From Candidatus Kaiserbacteria bacterium (lineage in GTDB: Bacteria; Patescibacteriota; Minisyncoccia; Phycocordibacterales; Phycocordibacteraceae), in contig JARIGM010000035.1 of assembly GCA_029288865.1 (NCBI GenBank), forward strand, positions 26,258 to 90,257: a DNA stretch of 64,000 nucleotides, written 5' to 3'. Position 1 is the stretch's first letter; each line of letters begins with the position of its first letter. The notes beneath the pieces were generated by a model. It did not search any database. It was given only the letters and a program-made list of their open reading frames with translations, and was not told the origin of the DNA. The position numbers and the translations under genes were made by a program. This document shows positions 55,905 to 64,000 of the stretch, in pieces.

Positions 55905-56468
55905 ATGCCTGATGAGCCGAGCGATGCAGAACTGATCGAAGCGATTCGCGAGGGAGATGATAGCGCGCTCGATACCCTCGTGGCTCGCCACTTGCCTGCT
56001 GTCTATGCCTTTTGTCTGCGATTCACCGGCAATGCTGACGACGCGCAAGATGCTGCCCAGGAAACATTCTTGAAAGCATGGCGAAGCTTGGGACGATTCG
56101 ATACGAAGAAATCATTCCGCACCTGGCTCTTCGCTATCGCGCGCAACGCGGCAACCGATCTGATGCGTAAGCGTCGACACGTACCATTCTCTTTCTTCGA
56201 TTCTGCGGATCAAGACACTTCCATCGCCGATACCATTCCTGATGAGGAACCGACAGCAGACGAGCTCTTCGACGAACGAACGCGAACGGAAGATGTGCGC
56301 ACTGCACTAGAGACACTTAAGCCACGCGAGCGTCTCATTCTTTCCATGCGGTATGAGGAAGAATTTTCCTTCGAAGAAATCGCCCAGGTTCTCCGCATCC
56401 CCGCTGCTACCGTGCGTAGCCTCCATCGGCGAGCACTCGCGACACTCCGTATGATGTTAGCTAAATAA
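55905..56468 (+). CDS. RNA polymerase sigma-70 factor, ECF subfamily
   Basis: Region 2 (DAAQETFLKAWRSL…FRTWL) and a region 4 HTH (FEEIAQVLRIPAATVRS). Confidence 0.8.
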   Translation: MPDEPSDAELIEAIREGDDSALDTLVARHLPAVYAFCLRFTGNADDAQDAAQETFLKAWRSLGRFDTKKSFRTWLFAIARNAATDLMRKRRHVPFSFFDSADQDTSIADTIPDEEPTADELFDERTRTEDVRTALETLKPRERLILSMRYEEEFSFEEIAQVLRIPAATVRSLHRRALATLRMMLAK

Positions 56469-56584
56469 CTGCCCGTTCAATACAATACTTGACAAAATGT
56501 ATTATATAGTTGTATAATGTACCCGGATCGAGACTATCTCGATACTTGATTCTTACATCACAGGCACAGGCACAGGAGCCTCTC

Positions 56585-57643
56585 ATGAAATCTCTTGCTC
56601 TCGGCGCAATGACTCTCTTTTTGGTTGCTGTCGCTATCAGTGGTTGCAATCAAAACGACTCGTCCTCTTCGCCGCAAGCGACAAACACGATGACCAGTGC
56701 TGAATGGTCCTCGTATGAAGTTGCTGAATCGGCTTCCTCCGTCTCTGCCTCATCGGCCTCCTCGTCGTCGGTACTCGCGGATAAGTTCCGCGAAGCACAT
56801 GACCGCGAGACTTCGCTCGATGTTGCGGATCTGGAGACAGAAATCGGAAAGGCATATTACGAAGTCCCCAAGTCAGACGATCTCGTGTCGTCCATCAAGA
56901 CATACCTTGAGCTCAAAGGAAAGATTCCGGGAATCAACTCGGACATTGATCGAGCCGTGCACAAGCTCGCTCATACTCCTGAGTTCGAGTATATGGAAGA
57001 ACTTTGGGACAAAGGGATTGGACGCGATATTCTACGGCCGGTCCTGGAAAAGCGCTATCAGGAAGAAGTGCGGCAGATCATTAAGGCCGGCTTTCTTCCC
57101 GGGAAGCGCTACAAGAAGATCTCTCGAACCCAGGCGGAAGCACTCAACGGTTGCAGTCCAACCGTAACCGACGGGCAGTTCGACCATGAAGGTCTCTACC
57201 GGTTGGCCCTGCGCCTTCATCCAAACGCGCCGGATACCAGCCATTGGCGTCTTCTCACGGCCGATCTCGATGTCGCCGACTTCTGGTCGAGCGATGGCTG
57301 TGAAAGTGATGGCGTCTACAATTCGAAGATGGAAAACCCTGATTTCGACTATCAGACATACGTCGATCTGGGGCTTCCGAAGGATGCTCATGACCTTATC
57401 CTCCAAGCAGTCAACGAGGCCTACTATACGGTCAAGAATTACACTGTCGTCTCCGTCGACCTCGAAGAAATTCAAGCTAACAAGTTCTTTAAAATGCTGA
57501 CGAGGGACGAACAAAAGGCCTTCTACCTGAGACACGCCAAACTGGCGGAACAGGCGAAGTATTATTGGAAGGCTGCAGACCTCTACCAGGCTGCCGGCAG
57601 CAAGGACATGGCAGCTAAGATGAAAATCCTCGCTGCCAAGTAG
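56585..57643 (+). CDS. hypothetical lipoprotein
   Basis: Lipobox LVAVAISGC after a signal peptide; Ser-rich linker. Lies downstream of the ECF sigma gene; terminator at 57670-57700. Confidence 0.5.
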   Translation: MKSLALGAMTLFLVAVAISGCNQNDSSSSPQATNTMTSAEWSSYEVAESASSVSASSASSSSVLADKFREAHDRETSLDVADLETEIGKAYYEVPKSDDLVSSIKTYLELKGKIPGINSDIDRAVHKLAHTPEFEYMEELWDKGIGRDILRPVLEKRYQEEVRQIIKAGFLPGKRYKKISRTQAEALNGCSPTVTDGQFDHEGLYRLALRLHPNAPDTSHWRLLTADLDVADFWSSDGCESDGVYNSKMENPDFDYQTYVDLGLPKDAHDLILQAVNEAYYTVKNYTVVSVDLEEIQANKFFKMLTRDEQKAFYLRHAKLAEQAKYYWKAADLYQAAGSKDMAAKMKILAAK

Positions 57644-57856
57644 CTTGCGTCTTTGTCGCGCTCAAACTTAACCCTCTTCTTCGAAGAGGGTTATTTTTTA
57701 TACATTACCATTGACAATAACGTGGGTATGTTCTAAATTAATAGAGTCGCATATCGTGCGGCTAAGTCGGGACATGAGTTCCGATGATTGATCTTTGGAA
57801 ACGGAACCCTTAACGGTTCAAACTTATAAGGGTTCCCCTCAAAAGGAGAGACCCGC

Positions 57857-58555
57857 GTGTTTACATTTCACTTCGACATACAGCTGACTCACGATCAAGT
57901 GATAGCTCTGACGACAGCGTTCATAATCGTATGCATCTTCCTGATGTGGCGATATGTTTTAGGACCGATTTGGTTGCCAGCCTTTGTGCGATATATCAGG
58001 GCCTGGTATTCCGGCCTCGGCAAAAACAAAAAATCGACGCAGTCACGTCGTCAAACACTCGACCTTTCAGAAGGTCACGTTCCTGGCGCGATTACTCCGC
58101 AGCCGGAAGCAATAGCAACACCAGCGCCTCGCGCTGAAACCGCTCTTGTTCCTGCGGCTGAAGATATTCATGCCGAGGAACCAGTGGTTGCTCCACTTGA
58201 TTCGAGCCGACGAGAAATTGTCGGCCCGCACGGATCCGTATGGATCGAACGGTTACTGATCGTCCCGGCACACTTTTGCCCGGCCACCAGCGAACCCTTC
58301 TTTGCACCGGTACTATATAATCCGGTGACAAATGCATTCATGTCGCATCCGACGAGAAAGTTTTATGGGACTGCCGCTTGCTGGCTTCGAATCTACCGTA
58401 AGACTATAGACGTCCCTGCACACATCGATTCCGATGTTGAGAGCCAGAGGATCCAACCTGTCTCTGGCAGCAAGAAGCCTCACCTCCGAATCTGCGGTGC
58501 ACCGTATGCACTTGATCGGTACTATGAGGTCAGCGCTGTGGCAGCTGCTGAATAA
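57857..58555 (+). CDS. hypothetical membrane protein
   Basis: One or two N-terminal TM helices; terminator at 58587-58617. Confidence 0.35.
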   Translation: MFTFHFDIQLTHDQVIALTTAFIIVCIFLMWRYVLGPIWLPAFVRYIRAWYSGLGKNKKSTQSRRQTLDLSEGHVPGAITPQPEAIATPAPRAETALVPAAEDIHAEEPVVAPLDSSRREIVGPHGSVWIERLLIVPAHFCPATSEPFFAPVLYNPVTNAFMSHPTRKFYGTAACWLRIYRKTIDVPAHIDSDVESQRIQPVSGSKKPHLRICGAPYALDRYYEVSAVAAAE

Positions 58556-58651
58556 CACACGACCGTAAGAAAAAGATCACACCTGGCCCCGAACTACTAT
58601 GTTCGGGGTTCTTTTTTGCAACGAAACGGCATCGAGGTGCGTATATAAGGC

Positions 58652-59062
58652 ATGGGAAGGACAAGCCAGCAGATTTTCTCACCAACAGCGCGCGAAACCG
58701 TGCCTGCACATCTTTGCGAGCAGATCTGCAGCACTATCGCGCGCGAGCGCATACGTCGCGAGCGTATGCGGCTGGCCGTCTCTTCCCTCTTTGGCACAAG
58801 CTCCCTTGCGGGGCTTGTGTTCGCTCTGCCCGCGCTCATGAGCGCAGCGAGTGCGAGCGGTTTCGTGAGCTATTCGCAGCTCCTGCTCACCGACACCGAC
58901 TTCGCAGCGACGAATATTCGCGCCTTTATCATACCCGTGCTTGAAGCGCTGCCTGGTGTCGAAGTTATGATCACGCTCTTCCTCATCGCCGTGTTCCTCG
59001 TTTCGCTTCGCAACTTCGCTCGCAGCCTTTATTACAAACCGCTCGCTTTCCAACATTCATAA
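58652..59062 (+). CDS. hypothetical membrane protein
   Basis: Hydrophobic helices; weak support. Confidence 0.3.
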   Translation: MGRTSQQIFSPTARETVPAHLCEQICSTIARERIRRERMRLAVSSLFGTSSLAGLVFALPALMSAASASGFVSYSQLLLTDTDFAATNIRAFIIPVLEALPGVEVMITLFLIAVFLVSLRNFARSLYYKPLAFQHS

Positions 59063-59071
59063 TTTATTTCC

Positions 59072-59575
59072 ATGACCAAAGCCTCGCTCACCGTATTTGT
59101 CCGTTCACGATTGTTCGCTGGAATTGTAACAGGGATTGGCATCATGCTCATCGTGATTTTCATATTCGAAGCAGGCGTGTTCGTGGGATTCCATGAAGCG
59201 CAATTCTCATCCCGATGGGGAGAGAATTATCAGCGGAATTTTGGCGGACCGATAATGATAACGCGCGGGGACATGCCCGAGTTTGATCACTCACTGCCAG
59301 AAGCGCACGGCGCCTTCGGAACCGTAGTAAGCGTGAGCAGCACGACACTCACGATCCTCGGATCGCAGAAACAGGAGCAGAAAGTCGTACTCACTGACGA
59401 CACGGTGGTTCGCGATCATGAGACCTCGCTCAAACCTTCAGACCTGAAGAGCGGCATGTTCGTGGTTGCGATCGGTGATCCGGACGATTCAGGCGAGGTG
59501 ACAGCGAAGCTTATCCGCGTCATGCCAGCGCCTCCTGCTCAGACAATGACCACGAATTCGACCTGGGGCCAATAA
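59072..59575 (+). CDS. hypothetical membrane-anchored protein
   Basis: N-terminal TM helix; immediately precedes the efflux operon. Confidence 0.4.
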   Translation: MTKASLTVFVRSRLFAGIVTGIGIMLIVIFIFEAGVFVGFHEAQFSSRWGENYQRNFGGPIMITRGDMPEFDHSLPEAHGAFGTVVSVSSTTLTILGSQKQEQKVVLTDDTVVRDHETSLKPSDLKSGMFVVAIGDPDDSGEVTAKLIRVMPAPPAQTMTTNSTWGQ

Positions 59576-59578
59576 TCT

Positions 59579-61546
59579 ATGAAGACTTTCTTCGCTTCAA
59601 CTATGAATCGCTTTCGTCATGCCGCCGCTCATATCGGCACATTCACGAAAAATCATAAGATCATGAGCGGTATCATCGTGTTACTGATTCTTGGCTTGGG
59701 ATACTGGGGAATTTCTGCACTCGCAAAAGGCAATGCAGCGACTATGTATAGCCTAGCGCCTGTTACTGAAGGAGAGCTCGCTGTCACGATCACAGACAGC
59801 GGAACCGTATCCGCAGAACACCAGCTTTCGCTTTCACCAAAAGCATCAGGCACGATTACATCAATCAATGCAGTTGCCGGCCAACAAGTTCGGGCCGGAA
59901 CGATCATCGCAACAATCGATGCAAGTGATGCGAACGATTCGGTGACAAGTGCTCGCCAAAATGTCGAGAGCGCGCAGATTTCATACCAGCAAGCGATCAC
60001 ATCCTCAAATACCAGCATTACCGGTGATCAGAATACGCTCCGTACTTCCCTTACCACGGCTTCAAATGCAGTCACCACGACATTCACTCAACTACCAACC
60101 ATCGTCACCGGTATCGATGGCGTATTGCATAACCTATCAACTCTTCCAGGGTATACGGCAGAGAAAAATCTCGAAGCTTATTCGAACTACATCAATACAG
60201 TAGAAGCGCATACGCAACATGATAAGATTGCGAGTGAGTACCAGTCGTCACTCAGCGCCTACCAATCAACGCAAAACGCCTACGCTTCATACGACGTAAC
60301 GAATGCTACTGCCGATCAGACAATTTCCATCTTGAATTCAACACTCTCTGCACTACAAACAGAAAATCAATTGTTGCGCGATACGCTCACTTTCTTAAAT
60401 TATATAAATAGCCAAGTTATCGGTGCTGGACACGTAGTTCCTGCTGACCTCACGTCGCAGATAAGTACGGTCACTGGATATATAAATACTGTATCGAGCG
60501 ACATCACCTCGATCCAAAGTGCGAAAACCTCGCTCACCAATGCGCAAGCATCGCTTAGCTCCGATACGCAATCGCTTAATGGTTCGTCGATGTCTCTCTC
60601 GGTCCAATCGGCGCAACTGAATCTCCAGAAAGCGCAGCAAGCGCTCGCGCAAGCCGAACGAACTGAGGAAGACTACATCGTGCGGGCGCCATTTGATGGC
60701 ACGATTGCAAGTGTGGCCGTTAAGAAATACGATCCAGCATCGAGCGGTACTGCCGTGGCTGTACTCATCACGAAAGAAAATTACGTGACCCTGTCGGTGA
60801 ACGAAGCTGACGCGGCTGCGATCGCAGTTGGACAAAAAGCATCGATCACCTTCGATGCGATCGATAACCTAACTGTCGATGGCACCGTCGCAGAAGTCGA
60901 TCAAGTCGGCACAGTGAGCCAAGGCGTCGCGACCTATACCGTGAAGGTCGGATTCGATTCCCAGGACTCGCGCATCAAGCCAGGCATGACCGCAGAAGCG
61001 ACGATCACGACGGCTGATGCTGCAGACGCAATCCAGGTTCCCGCTGCAGCGGTTCATACGAGTGGCAACGCTTCGTACGTGGAAGTCGCGACTATGACCG
61101 GCACATCGACGCAAGCAGTAGGTGCGAACCGCCAATTCGGGAACGGCACGAGCACGCCGCGCTTCCGTATGGCATCGTCTACATTCGCTGGCGGTGGTGC
61201 TGCAAGCTCTACCTTCGGCGGGGGACGTACATTCGCCTCTCGCGCCCTCAGCGTACCTGCGAGCAGCGTGAAGATCACGCGAATCCCTGTTACGCTCGGC
61301 ATCTCCAATGACACGATGGTGCAGATCACGAGTGGTCTCCATCGCGGACAACTCGTCGTCACAGGCACCACGAGTGGAACAGCGAAGTCAGGCACGAGCT
61401 CGACCGGCAGTATCTTCGGACTCTTCGGCGGCGCTGCACGTCGCCCAGCGACTGGAGCAGCTGGCGCTGCAGGCGTCGGAGGCGCTCGCACATTCCAGGG
61501 TGGAGGCGGAAATGCAACATTCAGAGCTGGACCGGTTGGCGGCTAA
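59579..61546 (+). CDS. efflux transporter periplasmic adaptor (HlyD/MacA-like membrane fusion protein) with long coiled coil and Gly-rich C-terminal tail
   Basis: N-terminal TM, a biotinyl/lipoyl-like beta domain (…SGTITSINAVAGQQVRAGTIIATID), a long Ser/Thr/Gln-rich helical insert, beta-barrel domains, and a C-terminal GGGAASSTFGGG low-complexity tail. Confidence 0.7.
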   Translation: MKTFFASTMNRFRHAAAHIGTFTKNHKIMSGIIVLLILGLGYWGISALAKGNAATMYSLAPVTEGELAVTITDSGTVSAEHQLSLSPKASGTITSINAVAGQQVRAGTIIATIDASDANDSVTSARQNVESAQISYQQAITSSNTSITGDQNTLRTSLTTASNAVTTTFTQLPTIVTGIDGVLHNLSTLPGYTAEKNLEAYSNYINTVEAHTQHDKIASEYQSSLSAYQSTQNAYASYDVTNATADQTISILNSTLSALQTENQLLRDTLTFLNYINSQVIGAGHVVPADLTSQISTVTGYINTVSSDITSIQSAKTSLTNAQASLSSDTQSLNGSSMSLSVQSAQLNLQKAQQALAQAERTEEDYIVRAPFDGTIASVAVKKYDPASSGTAVAVLITKENYVTLSVNEADAAAIAVGQKASITFDAIDNLTVDGTVAEVDQVGTVSQGVATYTVKVGFDSQDSRIKPGMTAEATITTADAADAIQVPAAAVHTSGNASYVEVATMTGTSTQAVGANRQFGNGTSTPRFRMASSTFAGGGAASSTFGGGRTFASRALSVPASSVKITRIPVTLGISNDTMVQITSGLHRGQLVVTGTTSGTAKSGTSSTGSIFGLFGGAARRPATGAAGAAGVGGARTFQGGGGNATFRAGPVGG

Positions 61547-61555
61547 TCATCCCGT

Positions 61556-62272
61556 ATGATCGAAGCGCGCGACATCGTAAAGACCTACCACACCGGCGAC
61601 ATCGTCACGAATGCGCTTCGCGGCGTCACGTTCACGATCAAGGACGGCGAGTTCGTCGCGATCATGGGTCCGTCCGGTTCCGGCAAGTCCACGCTCATGC
61701 ACATCATGGGATGTCTGGATACGCCGACCTCTGGCACGTATCTCTTGGATGGTGAAGACGCCTCGAAACTTTCTGGCGATGCGCTCGCCGACATCCGCAA
61801 ACGCAAGATCGGCTTCGTGTTTCAATCCTTCAACCTTCTTCCTCGCACGACCGTGCTCCGCAACGTGATGCTCCCGCTCACGTACGCCCGCGTTCCGATG
61901 GCAGAACGTGAGCAGCGTGCTCGTGCCGCGCTCCTAGCAGCCGGCCTCGACGAATCTCGTTTTCATAATAAATCCAATCAGCTTTCAGGCGGTCAGATCC
62001 AACGCGTTGCGATCGCCCGTGCGCTCGTGAACGACCCCACACTGATTCTTGCCGACGAACCGACCGGCAACCTTGACTCCAAGACGACTGAGATCGTGCT
62101 TCACACCTTTAGCAGACTAAACGAAGAGCACGGTCGCACGATCGTTCTGATTACACACGAGCAAGACGTGGCCGAGCATGCGAAGCGCATCATCCGCATC
62201 AAGGACGGCGCGATCGTGAGCGACAGCACGGATCACGTACGTCGCATCGCGCGTGATCTCCCTATCGAATAA
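61556..62272 (+). CDS. ABC transporter ATP-binding protein (MacB/LolD-like)
   Basis: Walker A GPSGSGKST, signature LSGGQIQRVAIARAL, Walker B ILADEPTGNLD. Confidence 0.85.
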   Translation: MIEARDIVKTYHTGDIVTNALRGVTFTIKDGEFVAIMGPSGSGKSTLMHIMGCLDTPTSGTYLLDGEDASKLSGDALADIRKRKIGFVFQSFNLLPRTTVLRNVMLPLTYARVPMAEREQRARAALLAAGLDESRFHNKSNQLSGGQIQRVAIARALVNDPTLILADEPTGNLDSKTTEIVLHTFSRLNEEHGRTIVLITHEQDVAEHAKRIIRIKDGAIVSDSTDHVRRIARDLPIE

Positions 62273-62274
62273 TT

Positions 62275-63489
62275 ATGACACTCCGCGACCTCTTTCAAGA
62301 AACTACGACCTCTCTCGACGCGAACAAAGTGCGCTCTGGTCTTACTATCCTCGGCATCGTGATCGGCATCGCATCAGTGATTGCGATGGTCGCGATCGGC
62401 AACGGTGCTCAAGCATCGATCCAATCAAGCATCAATTCGCTCGGCTCGAATCTTCTCACTATTCGTGGCGGCGCAAGCTCGAGCAGCGGCATCCGCGGAG
62501 GATTCGGCTCGGCACGGACTCTCACGATCGACGACGCGAATTCCCTTACAGCGGTCGCAAACGTATCGGGCGTCGCGCCGGAAGTCGGCGGGAATTACCA
62601 AATCGTCGTGAAGGGTTCGAACGCGAATGCAACCGTCGATGGCACGACCGCTTCCTATGCGACGATTCACAACCTCACGATCGCAGACGGTACGTTCCTC
62701 ACCGATAGCCAAGTGCGCTCAAAATCAAAAGTTGCCGTTCTTGGTCCGACGGTTCGCGATGACCTGTTCGGCGCTGGCGCAGAAGCAATCGGCCAGTCTG
62801 TGCGCATCAACGGCACACTCTACACAGTGATCGGAGTGAGCGCATCGAAAGGCGGTTCAGGATTCGGCAGTACCGATGAGGAAGTATTCATTCCGATCGG
62901 CACTGCGCAGCAATATCTTTCCGGCAGCAAATATGTCTCATCCATTGGCGTGCAAGCAGCGAGCGCTGACAGCATGACGCAAGTTCAGGCGGACATCACG
63001 AATCTGCTCCTCGCTCGCCACAAGATCAAAGACCCGACGAAAGCAGATTTCAGCATCATCAATCAAGCCGATATTCTTTCGACCGCATCATCAATCACCG
63101 GCACCTTTACAGCACTCCTCGCTGCGATCGCGGGAATCTCGCTCGTCGTGGGCGGCATCGGCATCATGAACATGATGCTCACGACCGTTACCGAGCGCAC
63201 CCGTGAAATCGGCCTGCGCAAAGCGATTGGTGCGAGCGAAGCGGATATCAGCAATCAGTTCCTGCTTGAATCATTAACGCTTACCATCATCGGCGGCGCT
63301 GCAGGGATCACACTTGGATGGTTTATCGCGTTTGCAGTTTCCGCAAGCGGAATACTCACTGCCGTCGTATCGCTTTCGTCGGTCGCACTCGCCTTCGGCG
63401 TCTCAGCAGGGATCGGCATCATCTTCGGCTGGTACCCGGCTCGCCGTGCCGCGCGAATGAACCCGATCGAAGCACTCCGCTACGAATAA
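62275..63489 (+). CDS. ABC transporter permease (MacB/FtsX-like)
   Basis: N-terminal TM helix, a large periplasmic domain, and a C-terminal FtsX 3-TM bundle; terminator at 63494-63522. Confidence 0.8.
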   Translation: MTLRDLFQETTTSLDANKVRSGLTILGIVIGIASVIAMVAIGNGAQASIQSSINSLGSNLLTIRGGASSSSGIRGGFGSARTLTIDDANSLTAVANVSGVAPEVGGNYQIVVKGSNANATVDGTTASYATIHNLTIADGTFLTDSQVRSKSKVAVLGPTVRDDLFGAGAEAIGQSVRINGTLYTVIGVSASKGGSGFGSTDEEVFIPIGTAQQYLSGSKYVSSIGVQAASADSMTQVQADITNLLLARHKIKDPTKADFSIINQADILSTASSITGTFTALLAAIAGISLVVGGIGIMNMMLTTVTERTREIGLRKAIGASEADISNQFLLESLTLTIIGGAAGITLGWFIAFAVSASGILTAVVSLSSVALAFGVSAGIGIIFGWYPARRAARMNPIEALRYE

Positions 63490-63493
63490 AATA

Positions 63494-63522
63494 AAAAGGC
63501 CGGCAGTTAGCCGGTCTTTTTA
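63494..63522 (+). terminator. intrinsic terminator after efflux operon
   Basis: aaaaaggccggc agtta gccggtcttttt. Confidence 0.75.
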
Positions 63523-63608
63523 TTGTTGCCCCACTAATTTGTGGGCGACACCCTCATCTCTTTCAGTATATCGTTTGTCCTAAGTCGATGTCAATAATAG
63601 TCTATACC

Positions 63609-63665
63609 GGCGGAGGGAATCGAACCCTCAGAGCCCTTGATGAGGGCTATCCCCACACGCACCCA
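63609..63665 (-). other. tRNA-like 3' fragment (T-arm + acceptor 3' strand + anticodon-like hairpin) without a matching 5' acceptor strand
   Basis: Minus strand reads …AGCCC TCATCAA GGGCT CTGA GGG TTCGATT CCCTC CGCCGGT A. No complementary ACCGGCG 5' strand was found within 200 nt. Confidence 0.25.
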
Positions 63666-63789
63666 CAAATCTTGCTTTTTTGCAATGTCTGTAGCATAGT
63701 ACGTATAGCTCGTCCGTCTCCTAGCTTCGAAGGGTAATTCCTAGACAGTTCGGGTCAGCGAGGTTATCAGTTCAATTCATCCAAGCCAC

Positions 63790-64000
63790 ATGGCAACATC
63801 AAAGCTCTATGTCGGCGGTATTCCCTACCGCTCAACTGAAGATGACATCCGCGCTGCTTTCTCGGAAGCAGGCGAAGTAGTCTCAGTAAGCATTATTATG
63901 GACCGTATGACCGGCCGCTCACGCGGATTCGGCTTCGTCGAAATGGCTGACGAGGCGCAAGCCCAGGCAGCTATCGACCGTTGGGACGGAAAGGAACTCG
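63790..64000 (+). CDS. RRM-domain RNA-binding protein (5' part; continues beyond window)
   Basis: MATSKLYVGGIPYRSTEDDIRAAFSEAGEVVSVSIIMDRMTGRSRGFGFVEM… contains the RNP2 (LYVGGI) and RNP1 (RGFGFVEM) motifs. Confidence 0.7.
   Translation, partial: MATSKLYVGGIPYRSTEDDIRAAFSEAGEVVSVSIIMDRMTGRSRGFGFVEMADEAQAQAAIDRWDGKEL

Noticed and set aside
59579-61546. Gly-rich C-terminal tail of the membrane fusion protein (GGGAASSTFGGG…GGGGNATF) as a separate feature or secretion signal
   Set aside because: It is low-complexity and in frame with the MFP, with no independent ORF. It is probably a disordered linker, so it is only mentioned in the feature evidence.
1-64000. Search for CRISPR arrays, rRNA genes, transposases or integrases
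   Set aside because: No regularly spaced short repeats with unique spacers, no rRNA-like conserved stretches, and no tyrosine/serine recombinase or DDE transposase motifs were seen in any long ORF. The cassette-array hypothesis therefore lacks a recombinase within this window.

Overview
This 64 kb window reads as a compact, gene-dense bacterial chromosome segment of about 55% GC. The type IV pilus-like locus, small proteins, degenerate PriA and many secreted cell-wall-active enzymes suggest a CPR/Patescibacteria-like organism, but that placement is inference only. Housekeeping genes I can support from the sequence: two MreB paralogs flanking proS, rseP, frr and holB; murA; a PriA-like protein followed by def and fmt; hpf; uppP; and two ABC transporters. 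Accessory and envelope functions: a VOC/MFS efflux operon, a CDF transporter, a beta-lactamase-fold serine hydrolase in an AT-rich stretch, a BNR-repeat propeller with a peptidoglycan-binding domain, and a 1039-aa secreted protein (ricin-B lectin, SH3b, SGNH esterase, GH16 glucanase). Also present: a YciE / ClpP-like / KGG stress cluster, a SET-domain protein beside a GT39/LAB_N glycosyltransferase pair, a PilB / PilC / three pseudopilins / pilin operon with a two-component system, three GH130 mannoside-phosphorylase domains with HAD, cupin and FAD-oxidase genes, an ECF sigma factor, and a MacAB-like efflux system. The most unusual structure sits next to a tRNA-Asn(GTT) at 21923-21994. There, three monocistronic genes, each with its own promoter and intrinsic terminator, are separated by a conserved 28-45 bp direct repeat (gctccRctggctRgaggaKgttcgaacg), and a truncated half-copy of the repeat lies beside the tRNA. 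One cassette encodes a NADAR-domain protein (YbiA-like, DUF1768; this family has been reported to act on ADP-ribose linkages). About 8 kb away, ORF 29554-30078 has an N-terminus that loosely resembles the DarT-type DNA ADP-ribosyltransferase family (DUF4433), which suggests a possibly split ADP-ribosylation toxin/reversal pair. No CRISPR array, rRNA or canonical integrase/transposase was seen.
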